Part shown: positions 42,501 through 56,357 of the stretch, piece after piece
Layout of the letters: every line of letters begins with the position of its first letter
Position numbering within the stretch: position 1 is the first letter of the stretch
Assembly (NCBI GenBank): GCA_012295275.1
Contig: CM022671.1
Location: 15,562,001-15,626,000 of the forward strand
Direction: 5' to 3'
Source: Chrysomallon squamiferum
Taxonomy: Eukaryota > Animalia > Mollusca
Length of the DNA stretch: 64,000 nt
The notes under the pieces: generated by a model
Seen by the model: the letters and a program-made list of their open reading frames with translations, nothing else
The model's database searches: none
Told to the model about the DNA's origin: nothing
Position numbers and translations under genes: made by a program

Positions 42501-45500
42501 TATTAATTAGTATAGTGATTTTTTTTTTTTTAACTTTTATTTCTAGCTAAGGACAATATTTTGAGACTGCTTATATTATGAAATAATTCATGTTATTATT
42601 TTTACCTTTTATTTCTAGCTGTCCATTAACAAGACCAGGTTTTGGTACAATATTTCTTTTATAGTTTCCGTTGTTACAATCTTCAAAAACATGGAACATT
42701 TCTGACACTCTAGTTGTATAACCAGCTAATTCAGTGATCTGAAAAATTAAAAGAACAGTAATTATTCAATAAACAAAATAATTTTAAAAAATTAAATTTC
42801 GTACATTTTTATAATTTATGCAGAAACAAATCATACACGCACATACTGCTGTTTAGTGGAATATCAAAATATCTTTTACAGACATTAGTATGTGTATATA
42901 AACATACACACACCTCCACACAAGCACTCCGAAATCTATTTATGTCACCATCTGTATTTAAACACACATTTACATTTTCACAGATAGATAATTATGACAA
43001 TTTCAGCAGAAACTACAGAAAATTATATGAATTGTTTCATCTTTTTTCCTATGTGGAAAATGAAACATACTTCTTTGTAAGAAGAAATCAACCTCTCAAT
43101 AGCATCTGCCGTGCTAATAAGTAGATTTCTGGCTGTTGTGAAAGATCTAGTTCTTTCACTGACACCACCATCAGGATCTTCATCAACTTTAGAACCTAGA
43201 TAATGAAAGAAACAATCTAACATTAAATATACAGTAACTAACCCAAAGAAGTCAGCAACATGTTACCCTAATCAACAGATTAGTTTATAATCATACATAA
43301 GAACATCCCTCACTGCAGTGTAGACTGAATAATTGACCTGAATTTTAAAATAAATATTTCTATTGAATAACATTCTTCTGAATTACAGTCTGGGTCCAAA
43401 TTCCAAGAAACATAAACTTCATTATATAAAAAAATGTTTACAGAATTTGAGGATATTTAGGAAACAATTATTCTCAACATTGTTTTTCATAATGTTATAA
43501 ATGAATGGTATACAATTCTATCTACTGGTTTGGCTCCCTGCCATATTCACTGACAGTCAAAACCAGTTAGTACATGAGACTAGGAGAAGGCACATATTTA
43601 TTACCTGCAAGATTTAAAAGCATGTGTGAAGTACAGGCTTGCTATATTATGCACCCATTTTGTTTCACAGGTGGACAAAACTGTACGTGCTGGTATAAAT
43701 ATTAATTCATTTATAATTTTACTGACTGTATAAAGTCAATATATGACTAGTTCAGCATGTGTTCTGAGCATGAATTTATACCAATCACACTATAAGCTTT
43801 TAATTAAGTTTATAGGTTAGATGAAAAACTTTATGTAGAATGGATTACATGCCAGATATAAAGAAGGGGCAGGCAACTCTTGGCCCTGATTGATTTTCAG
43901 CTTAGTATGACCTAAAGTCAATTTAGCATAAAAAAAGCTACATGGAACTCTGTGACAGATTTTGTCTTTTGGCCTACTTTTTGTGAATACCCCCACCCCC
44001 TTTTGATTTCCACTTATTAATAGCAAATATTTTTGTTACTCTGCTGTAGTGGGTAAATTCTAAATGTTAAAAACAAAACAATCCACTTACCATCCCTTCG
44101 GACGCCCCACCCTGACATTATGGGAATAGCAACCATGACCAATCCACTAGCACTCCATAGATATTTCATAAGAAATTGTTCCAGCATGATATACCAAAGT
44201 CGTTTTAAGTAGATTATGCTCATTTGGTCAGCTAACGACTTGAAACATCTTGTAAGATGTCTCTTTTCAATCTATATTGAAATGAAATGTGTCACTTATA
44301 TGAAAAGCAAATCATTAAACATTTTATGTTTGTTTTTACCCCTAAAATATAATAATAGAGTAAAACAAATAAATAAAATAATCTACAAGATCCAGATTCA
44401 ACAGTGCTCATAACTAATGCAGTAAGATTCAGAGATTAAAATAATCAAAAGTAATCATAAGAATTTAAAGTGAAAGATTATATAACTGCATTTACATAAC
44501 CCTTGTTTTATTTATTTATTTATTTTTTTTATATATAGTAAGAATTGTTTTAATCTTAGTTATATTTAATAACACATCCTTTATTTAAAAAAATATATAT
44601 GTACCTCAGAACTTGATCTTTTTAACAAGTAAATATATTTTAACTCTTACATTTTGTTTCCTGAATATTAGTTACTAATCCAATAATCATATTAACAGTA
44701 ATTATAATATTTAGTTATATATAACCTTGTGTCCACCATAAAATGCTATTTCTTCAGCATTGGTAATTATTCTTGAATGCATAAATCTAAGAATCCCTCT
44801 TCGTTTTGCTTCCTCTGCAACAAGTTTTCCAAATTTTGGTGACACTGCTCTTAGGATGTAGGCAGTTACAACAATTGATAAAGATCCTATTGTTACAGGG
44901 ATTCTAGAACTTGCTCCTCTGCTAGTTGCTAGCCTGTACAGTGTATATGACATGAGAGCTACATCCAAAAGTGGCTTGGTTAAATGTGAGTACAGATGTG
45001 CCAGTGCTGAAGTAAATGATATTATGTCTTCTGTCAAACATTGGTCAGCATTTGTAAGACGACTGTCTAAATTACTAACTCTATAGTATGTCTGTCTGCT
45101 AAAATACATGTCATATGCATGGTTGACTAATCGACTGCGCAATGCCAATGCTAAATTGCTCTCCAGATAACGGATTAAACTGTTGATAAATGTTGCTGGC
45201 ACTGCCAGGAGAAGCCATTTTGACAGCTGTATCATGAACTTTTTCACATCTCTTTGTACAATAGTCTTAACAATAGCTCCATCTAATGTGGCCACATATA
45301 TTGAAAGGAATGTTCTTGTAATTAAACTCAAGGTATGCAAAAACAACAATCCAAATTCCTTGCACCAAATCTTAGGAATGACGATTTTAAGTAGATATTT
45401 CAGTTGTTTGAAAAACTGCTTATCGACAGTTGGTGATCGTTTATTGTCACCAGACGAATATTTACTTTGTGTATCCTTTTCTCGAGAACCTCTGGATTTT

Positions 45501-45649
45501 TTTTCTACAAGCGATAAGCCAATTAACTTTGCCAACTGAGGACAATACCGTTTAACACCAAAGGCTGCTAAAACACAAACAGTAGCTCCCAGTGCTAATT
45601 TTCTTTTTGAAATTTTCACTCGGCTTGTTGCATATAATAGTTTAGACAT
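39545..45649 (-). CDS. ABCD2: Peroxisomal ABC half-transporter, ABCD1/ABCD2 (ALDP/ALDR) co-ortholog, 739 aa, 10 exons
   Basis: Exons (-): 45649-44726, 44271-44091, 43195-43071, 42738-42606, 41998-41904, 41530-41385, 41049-40904, 40689-40605, 40240-40115, 39803-39545; total 2220 nt, all GT-AG, phases consistent. EAA-like motif [10 protein letters not shown], Walker [10 protein letters not shown], signature LSGGEKQR, Walker [10 protein letters not shown]-loop ITHR. The symbol ABCD2 is chosen on synteny; an invertebrate gene is likely co-orthologous to ABCD1 and ABCD2. Confidence 0.95.
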
Positions 45650-45899
45650 TTTCACTATTATTAACGTAGTATATTTAACATTACATGAAGAACAGTTAAT
45701 TATATGAGTTTTTAGTCATCTTTCAACATGTGTATATAGTCCTATAAAATGACAGCGAGACTTTGTACCGATAACCTAACATTTAGTTCGTTGCGCATGC
45801 GTTTATATTATGTGAAACTCTAAAATTAATAGCAACTGGGAACCAGCAAATATTTCGTCGTCTGCTAGTCAATAATAGCAATTTTTAGTGTCTGGAATT
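45650..45899. promoter_or_regulatory. Bidirectional promoter region between the ABCD and REDIC1-like start codons
   Basis: 250 bp between divergent ATGs, with local CpGs. NRF1-type motif TGCGCATGCG at 45792-45801. RFX half-site-like TAGCAAC near 45830. Confidence 0.75.
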
Positions 45900-46209
45900 A
45901 TGAATTGGATTGGAGGAGTAAGAAATAGGGTAAAATTTCAGAAAGAACGGAAAGCACAGAAGGTATGTGATGGGCATTCATGTGCAAGTATTGAGTTTTA
46001 TAAAATTATAACGGAGGTGGATAGTTAGCGAAGAACACTAAAACTTATAGTAAAAGTATAATAAATATTTTGAAATGTTATTTACTTCATAATATCATTA
46101 TTATTCCATATTCCTTGCACAGAAGACTGTAAATTAGTTTAATAATATAAAAATATATAAAATATCATGATTAGCGTATTCTTAACCTGTCATTATTTAT
46201 TTATTTATT

Positions 46210-46256
<47 letters not shown>

Positions 46257-49200
46257 GTGTTTTTTTTTTTTTTTTTTTTTTAAAGGAATTTTTTGAAAGA
46301 AAAAAGTTTGAAGTGCCACAAAACAGACTGAAGGCAATGTCAACACCATGTCTGAAAAGGAATTCAGTTAGTCAAGATCTTTTGGCATTGCAAACCATTA
46401 ATCATGCACATTCAACACCAAAACTGGGTAAAAAATATGTCTTTATGCATTACTAATTTAGATTCTCCTAATTTTTGAAACAAAACACTGTGTTATTAAT
46501 GTTTTAGTATATATGACTATAAAGTGTATAGAGACAAAGTTGATACCAAAACACTTTATTAGAAAGATAAAAAAAATAAGTACTTTAGTTTATTTTGAAT
46601 CGTAATCTTGTATCCATATACTTGTTTAGATATGATTTATTATTATTAACTTTTTATATTTATTTTTATGTCAGCAGGAACTGATAAACCAAAATCAGTG
46701 AGGTCTTATAAGTCTTTTACTTGTTGGAGATTTTGTTTTACACATATATATATATTAAATTTTGAAAAGTGTGTCCCAATATGCTTCCAAGGACAGAGAA
46801 TGCCAATTGTATTTTGGTTTATAATTTTTGGATAATGAATCAGTGGTTATTAATGCAGATTAATTACTTGACTAAAACCATTTTTAATACATCACTAGCT
46901 TTATTGAAATAACAAACAAGATTATTTGTATATGCACTCCAATCTGACCATCTCATTTTCTGAGACTTCTTTGTATATATATGAATAATGTTATTTGATA
47001 TACCTTAAAAATGTTCATGCAAAAAATCTCCACTGAATTGGGTTTTTAATCTTCTATTTGGATTTATATTCATATTTGGATTGAAATAAATACCATGTGT
47101 GAAGCATATTTATTATACTGAATAATGATTTAAATTCAACAGCTGTATCTGTTTTACATTTTTTGTATGTAAATACATGAGTTATTGTTTCAAATCAGCA
47201 GCATAATTATTATCACAGTCATCATCATTATTAATATTATTATATTTTATTTAAATATGTATGTGTGGGGGTCTGTGTATGTGTGTTTGTGTGTGCAAGA
47301 GAGGGGAAGAAAAATGTACAGATGACTGTACTTTGTTTCTGGTGTAAGTATACAATTAAATTTTTTTTTATTCATATCAGTTTATCTGCTATTTCTTGTC
47401 AAGAAACATTTACAATATTTCATTCGTGATGCTTATCTTTGTATATTAATGTTGTTGAGAAAACTAATCTAATAAATGCATTTTTTTTCTTAAAATAACC
47501 AATATTTTATAAATATTGATTATGATAAAATAACTGAAAAAGGATAATATTCAGTTTGTAATTACAAAAGTTGACAAATACCAGTGTTTCTATATTCTGT
47601 GAGTGTTAATTAATATTTTTTTCTTATAATTAAATGTCTTGTTAATTAATGTTTGAATATGTGGGAAGATTAATGTTTTCAATATTTATAATAACAAAAA
47701 AAACTGATTAAAATTAAACAAATAAAGAACAGTTATATCTTGGTTAAGTTTTTGGCATTCAGATATATTTTTATTTTAATATATTTTCTTTTGTTTCATT
47801 AAAATATAAACATTTTCTGTCAAAAGAGAAACTATCATTAATTTCTATTGATCAAACTGGAATCTATAAAAAAAAAAAAAAAAAAAGCAGTTCTCTCTTT
47901 ATTTTTAATTTACTATTAACATATGTGTACTGCATATGCAAAATGGATCTCATAATCTTTTCAAAATGTTATGTTTCAATAAAAATGTTCTTGTTGACAT
48001 TTAGCCAAAACATCTGTAAAGAGGGTAGATCTTGAAGGATTTCGGTCCATAGTAAAAGGAAGAAGATGTAGAGAAATAGAATTACCTACTTCACCTAATG
48101 AGACATCATCAGTGCTGGACCTTATGGAAAAAAGTTTCTATAAAAGGTATTTTAATTGTGAGGGAAATAAAGAATAAACCCAGAAAGACAACAAAAAATA
48201 TTACCATTGCCATCATCCATCCACAAAAGAAAATTACAAAAAGTATGAAGAAAAACAACTAGAATATATAAGAAAAGCATGCGTCTGTTACAAATTATAC
48301 CTCGTACCAGAAAGACAAAGAAAAAAAAAAAGAGAAAAAGATAACTGTTCATTAATAGTGAATGTTTTTGTGTCAGTTTTTACTGCATTGGAATGAGAAA
48401 AAAAAAAGATATTTATTTTCTTATTTTTTTAATTTATTGTTTTGTTTATTCATTCATTCATTTGCTTGTTTACTTTTCTATTATATTGCTTATTTATTTA
48501 TTTAAATTATTTCTCTGGTGTATTTTATTCATAAAAGGATATCATAATATAAAAACTTTGAGAAACATAAAAATTTATATCTAAACTGAGGTAAAATTAC
48601 TTCAAGGAGATAGAATATTGTTTTCATAATAAGCACTTTATTTTGATTATTGAAATATTATAAAGCCTCAGGAAAATGTCTCTCTTTTTAAAAAGAAAAG
48701 AACACACACGCATTAAAATAAAATCCTTTTGGTTATTTTTATTATAGTAAATATCTAGGACAAAATTCAGACGACTTATTCTGTCCATCTGACAGACCTC
48801 CAAGGAAAAAAGATGACAGCAACACAAAAATTCAGGCTTCCCTTTTACTCTCACCAGAGAAAACTACCAAAGTATCAGCTCACTCAGCATGTTCTAGCCT
48901 TTCAGAGAATTCTTTAAAGTATACCATTATTCCAGAAACAAAACTGCCATATCTTCAAAAGGAATCTGACAGTTGTCTGCCATTCACAAACAATTCAGAA
49001 ATAAAACCTTTTCTGTATGAGAATGCAGCTGCTTCTGCAAGTACAGTGGTAAACAAATTAACAAATAAATATTATATAGCAAGAAATATATACAGAAAAC
49101 AAAATTTATTAAAAAAAAACAATTGCAAAATTTAATGAAAACAAAAAACCAGCAAGTATAAAGATAATTGATAAAAGAAAGGTATGATAAATTAATGTTT

Positions 49201-51701
49201 TTATTCCAAATTAAAATAAAACAAAATAAATAAATAAAATGTTTATCAATGGTTTATTTGAGAATATATTTGAAATAACATTTTATTTCAACGAAGAGTT
49301 TTTCATGACAAATGTTTAAATTTTGTTGTAATGTTTATCATTAACAAAATAACTTCATTAAAGCAGAATTATTTTTTACAATATAAAGAATTTACATGAT
49401 CATTTAAAAAAATATTTCATCAAATAATATATGAACACAAATGAATTTTTTCATTACTTTTTATTCTTTTAGAAATGCAGATTAGCTAATTCTGATTATG
49501 CCACTGAAAATCTGACACAAAACTCCAAGCATTTCTTAGAAGACAGCCCAAACATACTTTTAAAAAAATGCAATGCATCGAATTCAAAAAAACTGGATCA
49601 AAGAGTTTGCAACATGTGGGTTTCGGAGGATTTTCAGTCCAAACTTGTTAATGATGACATTGAAGATTCAGTGGACTACAAATATTTTAAAAGCTCAGGC
49701 CACAAATCATTTGGCTATAAACCTCTGAATTTAACTGCTTCACCTTATAAGTCTCCTGACAAAAGAATTAAATTAGAAATGCCATTCAACACATATTTTC
49801 AACACAGCAGAAATATGAATAAAGCTCCTTTTGTGAACAACAGAAGAGATGATAATTATTACATAAATGAACTGACACCATTTTTCAGAAAACCATCACC
49901 TGAATTTAGGTTTGAGAAATATCAGAAAATTACCAAATGTTTTTCTGAAGGAAATAATAGGTATTATCTGATTTATTATTTTCTAAAAAAAAAAAAAATG
50001 ATAGTTGTAATAAATTTATTAGTTATATGATATTTTGTTTCGAGAAACAAATAAGAATATAAGTAAATAATATATTATATTAAATTTAACACTGTTTAAG
50101 TAATTTTGAAATAAACAAAAAAATCTGAACAAAAAACAAAACTAAAACCAAAAAACCTAATAAATACTCAAGTATAATATGTCTGAATTTTTTAACAATG
50201 AATTATGCATATTTTTTTCTATTTACTCACATTTTTATTAATTAATTTATAATACTTTCAGACAAAAAGGATTTTTCTGGACTTTATCAGAACCAAAAAT
50301 TCAAGAAAAACATGAAAATAAAAGTAAGGTAAAGATGAATGTTTATATATTTTTCAATTTATCCAACTAAGCAAACTCCTTGATAATGTTTCTATTTTAG
50401 GAAAAGTTATCATGTGCCAAAGTCATTTCTAGTGAACCTTTATTTTAGGGTATTTTAAGATTCATTAACCTCTGATCTATCAGTTTTTGTGAAATTTCCA
50501 CAAGGCAGCATTGCATTGGTTAACTCAGTCTTTAACATGTTGTGTGGTAATGCTCTGTTAATTTTGGTGACATCCAGTTTAGAAATTTCAGAAGTTTTAT
50601 TTTTATTTCAGATTCTTTTGGACTCGCCCCTGAAACTTCAAGAAAAACATTGCACAGAAAATGTTTTTATTCCTCTGAAACCTTCTCCTTGTTCTAGCAT
50701 CACTGATGAAAACAGCTGTACATTTGGTTGGTAGAAATATATCATAATTAAATATGTACTATGCAATTAATAATATTTATAAACAAAAGTTTTATCTGTT
50801 TCTTATTTGTTATTACTAATTAAATGTTATATTAAAACTTTTTAAGCTAATCCATAATTTTAAATACCATTAACTTCCTACAGCTGATCACAGTAATAAA
50901 ATCAGTGTAGGTTTCACTCCTAATTGTGTAACTACCGCTGTTCATTAAAACTGTAATTGCAGATCAAGCCAGTCAAACAAAGGGTGTTGAGATTACGTGC
51001 ATTTCAGCTGAGTAAGTGACATCCATTTATATTGCATTTTTTTAAAAGAAATATTTTCAACACAAAACTGGATCAACATTAAACTTACTGCAGTTAATAA
51101 TTAAATTGAAAAAAAAAAACAGGCTGTTAGAAAAAAATTATTTCTTTTCCTGTTTTTAGATGTCCTCAAAATAATCTTAATCAGTCCCTTTAGCTCTCTT
51201 GAATTTTTCAAAGAACAGAAAACCATAACTGTAAGTTTGAATTTCTGCAAAAACAGTAATATCAAATAATTTTAGATTTTCTAATTCAATTCAGAATTGT
51301 TTTTTCAGCTCTAAATGTTCAGCAACTGATGAAGTTTTACAAGAAGTAAGATATTTGCTTTATTTTCATGATAAATAACTGAAGTTTATATAATATTAAA
51401 GTTTTAAAAGGGACTATAACACTGTATTTCATTTATTTATTGTATAAAAATATAGATTTTAATTCATTTGTTTGTTGCTTCTTATAATCATTATACGGCT
51501 TCTTCTTTTTACCTTTTTTTTATAACTAACAGTCAATGTTATCTGTATGTCACTGATTTTTACTCTGTTAAATTTTATGCTGAATTGCTATTACTTTTTC
51601 AGCTTATTCACCTTGATGACCAAAATGAGGATTTCAAAAATCTCGATATGTCTGAGAAAGATAGTTTTCCAAAAAGTAATAATTCAGCATCTTACTAGAT
51701 C

Positions 51702-51737
<36 letters not shown>

Positions 51738-53022
51738 CTGGGTTTTGAAAAAAGAAAGAAAAATAAATAAATTTGCCAATAATTATTGGGCATTATTATT
51801 ATATTTATTTTTGGATACCTGTTTTTGATTTCTAAGAAACTTTCCTGTGTGAAAATGTTATTAATACATCTAAAAATTATTATTTTAAAGATAGGTTCAA
51901 ATATATGATAAAAGTTTTAACTTTGGATTAAAATTAATTGTACTAAACAGTAATCCTGTTTGTTTTTATTAATTATTATTAATTCATTACTCTGTAGCAG
52001 AATACCAAATACACTATAACATGATATTATAAGTGGGCTATTATATTTACTGAAAATGAATTACTTTTAGAAATATTTAATGCATAAAACTTTTTGAAAA
52101 GTTTCAGATGCTAATGATAAAAATAAGGTAGGTAAATGCAAAAGTATTTTATAACTAAGGGTATCCTAAATAAATTTATTTTTGTTTTATCTAATGCATT
52201 TGTTTTAGACTTATTTAATGCATAGAACGGAAAAAAAGAAATTTCTTACATTTATCTTAAGAATAATAATAAGTATAGAAAGACAAAGAAATAATATTCT
52301 AATATGAAATATTATTTTCACATAACTATAATGTGTGTTTACGATAAATGTACATAAGATTTAAAAAAAGAAAAAGAAATTGAATTTATTTTATTATTAT
52401 TATTATTTTATTTTTTTTAAAATTTAAAACACAGACCGTAATGGAAGCTGAATTACATGACAAGGAATCAGGTAAAGTAACTGAAAATTTCACATCTGGT
52501 GATGGGAAACCAAAAAATACTACAGAACTGGTTTCTTCAGTTTTCAAAGCAGAGAAGACAGAAAAGTTAAATACAACTACTGTTTTAGAAATCTGTGAAT
52601 TAAGTACAGATGAAAAGCTGTCTGAAGGCAACATGAAACCTGAGAAAGGCAACATGCAGGATGATCATTTAGATAACAGTTGCTATAAATCAGAAAATTC
52701 TTCCTCTGCCACTTCAACAAAGGACAGTGTTACGTCCTTACAAGTCCCAACATTTGTTCAGACAAATGTACATAAACTGATAGATGTTTGTACATCACCA
52801 ATTTTTCAAACTATGGTTGATGTTGGTGTACAGTGGGAAACACCAGAATATCAAAAGGAATTACAATCTACAGTAACAGATTCTATAGAGAATGTTGATT
52901 GTGTTGGTAAGGCAAACAATGGGAATTTTACTTCCTCTGAAGGATGGGAGGATGATAAATGTCTGGATTCTCATTCAGAAACAAAGGAGTATACCTACAC
53001 TCTTAGACCTAGGAAGAAATAA
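45900..53022 (+). CDS. REDIC1: REDIC1/C12orf40-like (HEIP1-related) meiotic crossover regulator, multi-exon
   Basis: N-terminus MNWIGGVRNRVKFQKERKAQK|EFFERKK...SVSQDLLAL resembles human C12orf40 MNWVGGSRSRVLIKQERRKQKEYFEK...AVSLDILNL (recalled from memory). Phase-consistent exons: 45900-45962, 46286-46427, 48005-48146 (ELPTSP), 48748-49048, 49473-49960, 50262-50328, 50612-~50726; unresolved small exon(s) 51160-51230 and/or 51309-51345; then 51603-~51675, ~52108-52127, 52435-53022. The C-terminal part is low-complexity and tentative. Position between ABCD and SLC2A13 supports the call. Confidence 0.8.
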
Positions 53023-53024
53023 TT

Positions 53025-53380
<356 letters not shown>

Positions 53381-56037
53381 TAAATTGTTTAAAAAGTATA
53401 ATAGAAACCTTGTAGTGATTCTTTTAAATATTTTAAAATTCATTTTTTGTATGAAATTTATTCATTTTGAGTTTGGGCAGGATCCCACCAATACTAATAA
53501 GAAAATAATCATGGCAATAATAAATTCTTTTGAATGGTTTGTGTCAGTATTTCTTTGAATATATGTCAATCACTGAATTATAAAATAATAATAACAATAA
53601 TAATAATAATAGGTCCCTTTTCCTTGTGATCACTTATAAAATAAATGTGTGTCATAATATATTTTTATGACAAATATGACTTTTGAAAGTCAAAAAAATC
53701 AATAAATGTTAACACCACATTGTAAATTCATATATTTGAAAATTTATTATACTTTGTAACAATATTTATTTACAAGCATACAATAAGCTACTATTAAAAA
53801 CAATATCGTATGTACATATTTCACAATCTAGAATTAATTTTAAAGCACATGGGTATATCTAACTTTTAAAATTACATTATTTGCTATTTTTTGATTTATG
53901 CACATGACTAATGAGGAAGAAACAATTGTATAAACACCAAATGAATCATCTTTGCATAATTCTAACATATATTAAAAATAGCATCAAAAGAAAATGCCAA
54001 TCCTCATCAGCCACTCTTGAAATACATTAAAAATCTTCTTGATGTAGCTTCAGGTCTTGCTGTCTTTCACATTATAATAGTCCTGAACTATCACATTTCT
54101 GTTTCTACTTTTAAATTAATTGTACTAAACAGTTATCCTATTTCATTTTATTATTAAATCATTACTCTATAGGCACATAACAACATACACAAATTATTAA
54201 ACTATGATATATTGTAAATGGGTTATTATATTTACTGAACATTTATCACAATATACATAAAACTAATAGTAAATTTGTATATTTTCATTAATCAATGAGA
54301 CTAACATATCAATAAACATGTTCTGGCAGTTATTACAAAAACAGATTTATTTTCAGTTAATTTTGGTGTGGACTTATATATAGGCAATACATTTATTAAT
54401 AGAAGAAGAAAAATAAATTACATTTGTACATAGGAATCAAATGTTTTGAAAATCATAGCATCACACCTTGCATTAACTGGAGTTCTCTTTCACCCATAAA
54501 TCCAATCTTGATCAGAAAATATAAGTTTGAAAGATCTGGAATATGATTATGAAAATGAAATGTGATTGGGTATGTCATGCTGATTTTTAATGCATGTATT
54601 ATGCAGTTTAATGAATTTAAATGGATTTGTTCTTGTTTTATTTGTGAGGTAGCTAAAGAAGAAGAATAAAATAAACACATTATTTTGAAATAAAGGGCAA
54701 GAATATTCAATTGAACGAAATTAAAATTCCCAATGCATTTTTATGACAATTGTATGTGGAATGTGATTATGATAATGTTGTACGTAATGTTCTAGATTCA
54801 CATGTCATTATTTATTTTTTTTAATATTTTTTCAGGTCAGATATTAAATATTATTACAAATGTTACTGTATTATTTATTTTTAATTTATTTTTATGTTTG
54901 TGCACATTCTTTCTTTTTTCTCTCTTGTTCATTCTTTCTTTTTGTAGCAGATGCTAATCAGTATACTGTATTCACAAATGTTTTTAAGTTGCATATACTT
55001 TTCAAAATATAATGCTACAGACATTTTTCAAGTTATACTGAATTTGGTTTTCGGAATGCATTCCATTCATTTGTTAACTTACAATGACAAAGATTTTGTT
55101 GCTTTTGGTTTGTATAAGTTCCTAATGAATATTAACATCTGGTTCATGTACCTATCTGGTATGAAATGGTAAAATAATAATCAGATTTCTGTGCATGTAA
55201 CCACAAGTTTTTTTTTTTTGATATATGATATTTTACGTCTTTTGTCTTTTTTCGTTACACATAAGTCTGCCTTCTTAGCTTGCCATACAAGAATATTAAT
55301 CTTCAACACTGACAACTTTCAAGACATTTTTCTACAAGCTTTGCTTTTAGCTAGAGATGTTAATGATGCTTCAGTTTAAATAATGTAATTATTATAGTTT
55401 CTAGCACCAGATTTTGATCTCAGTATATAACAGATGAAAGAATTAAGTCTGTCACTGAGACTTTGAGACCATTTTATAAAATGACAGTAAATATTTAAAC
55501 AGGATTTATTACAGAATTCATAATAAAACAAATTAGAATATGTTATTATGGTGATATAAATGTGATGAAAAAGAGTGTTTAGTAGTAATGTTAATGAATG
55601 TTAAACAGAAATGAAAATGATAATGTAAAAATTGTATGGAATTTTAAAATAAGGGATGATATTTGTGAAATGATTGAATAAACCAACAATAATAACCAAA
55701 AACAAATTATAATGAAAGGCTAGAAAAACTGTAACTATCATCTGACTGATTTGTGTTTTCTTTGCACTAGCTTACCAGAATATAACTGAAACAAGTAAAA
55801 TGGAATCACAATTTGCTTATCTGATACTTGATTTCTGTCTGTGTTGGTCTTTGTATAATTATCTAGATCATTAATCATACATTTATTTATTTGAATCTGC
55901 ATTTTTATAATTCATTCAGTTTATCTGTAGAATAACTGAAAATGAATTATGTTGTTTTAATGTAATATAAAATATGGACCATCATAATACAGAGGAATCT
56001 GAATACAAATGTATTAAGAGACTTTATATATAAATTT

Positions 56038-56343
56038 TAGATTTGATCTTTAAGTTTGGTGGTCTTATATCAGTTAACTCCAGAACTTAAAATATAATAT
56101 GTAATCTATTAGCTGAACTTTTTTGTGTTGTAATCCACATTTTACTTTTTTCATGATCTGTAAATAAAATAAATCTGATAACTAATTTATCTGCAAACTA
56201 TAGATTTGATCTTTAACATTGGTGGTCTTATGTCAGTCAGCATGTCTTAGATCAGCACACTCAAGACCTTAAAATATATTTTTTAAACTCTATTAGCTGA
56301 ACTCTTTTGTGGTCTAATACACTTTCTTTTTTTCATGTTATCT
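56038..56343. repeat. Diverged tandem duplication in the proximal SLC2A13 3' UTR
   Basis: tagatttgatctttaa..ttggtggtcttat.tcagt and tctattagctgaact.ttttgtg occur at ~56038-56160 and ~56201-56343. Confidence 0.8.
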
Positions 56344-56357
56344 TGAACATAGACTTA

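Noticed and set aside
45183-45539. Plus-strand ORFs opposite ABCD and SLC2A13 exons (also 57101, 57693, 60703)
   Set aside because: Antisense shadows of real exons.
46678-46697. Possible REDIC1-like microexon (CAG|GAACTG...TCA|GTGAG)
   Set aside because: It would shift the frame between phase-matched exons 2 and 3.
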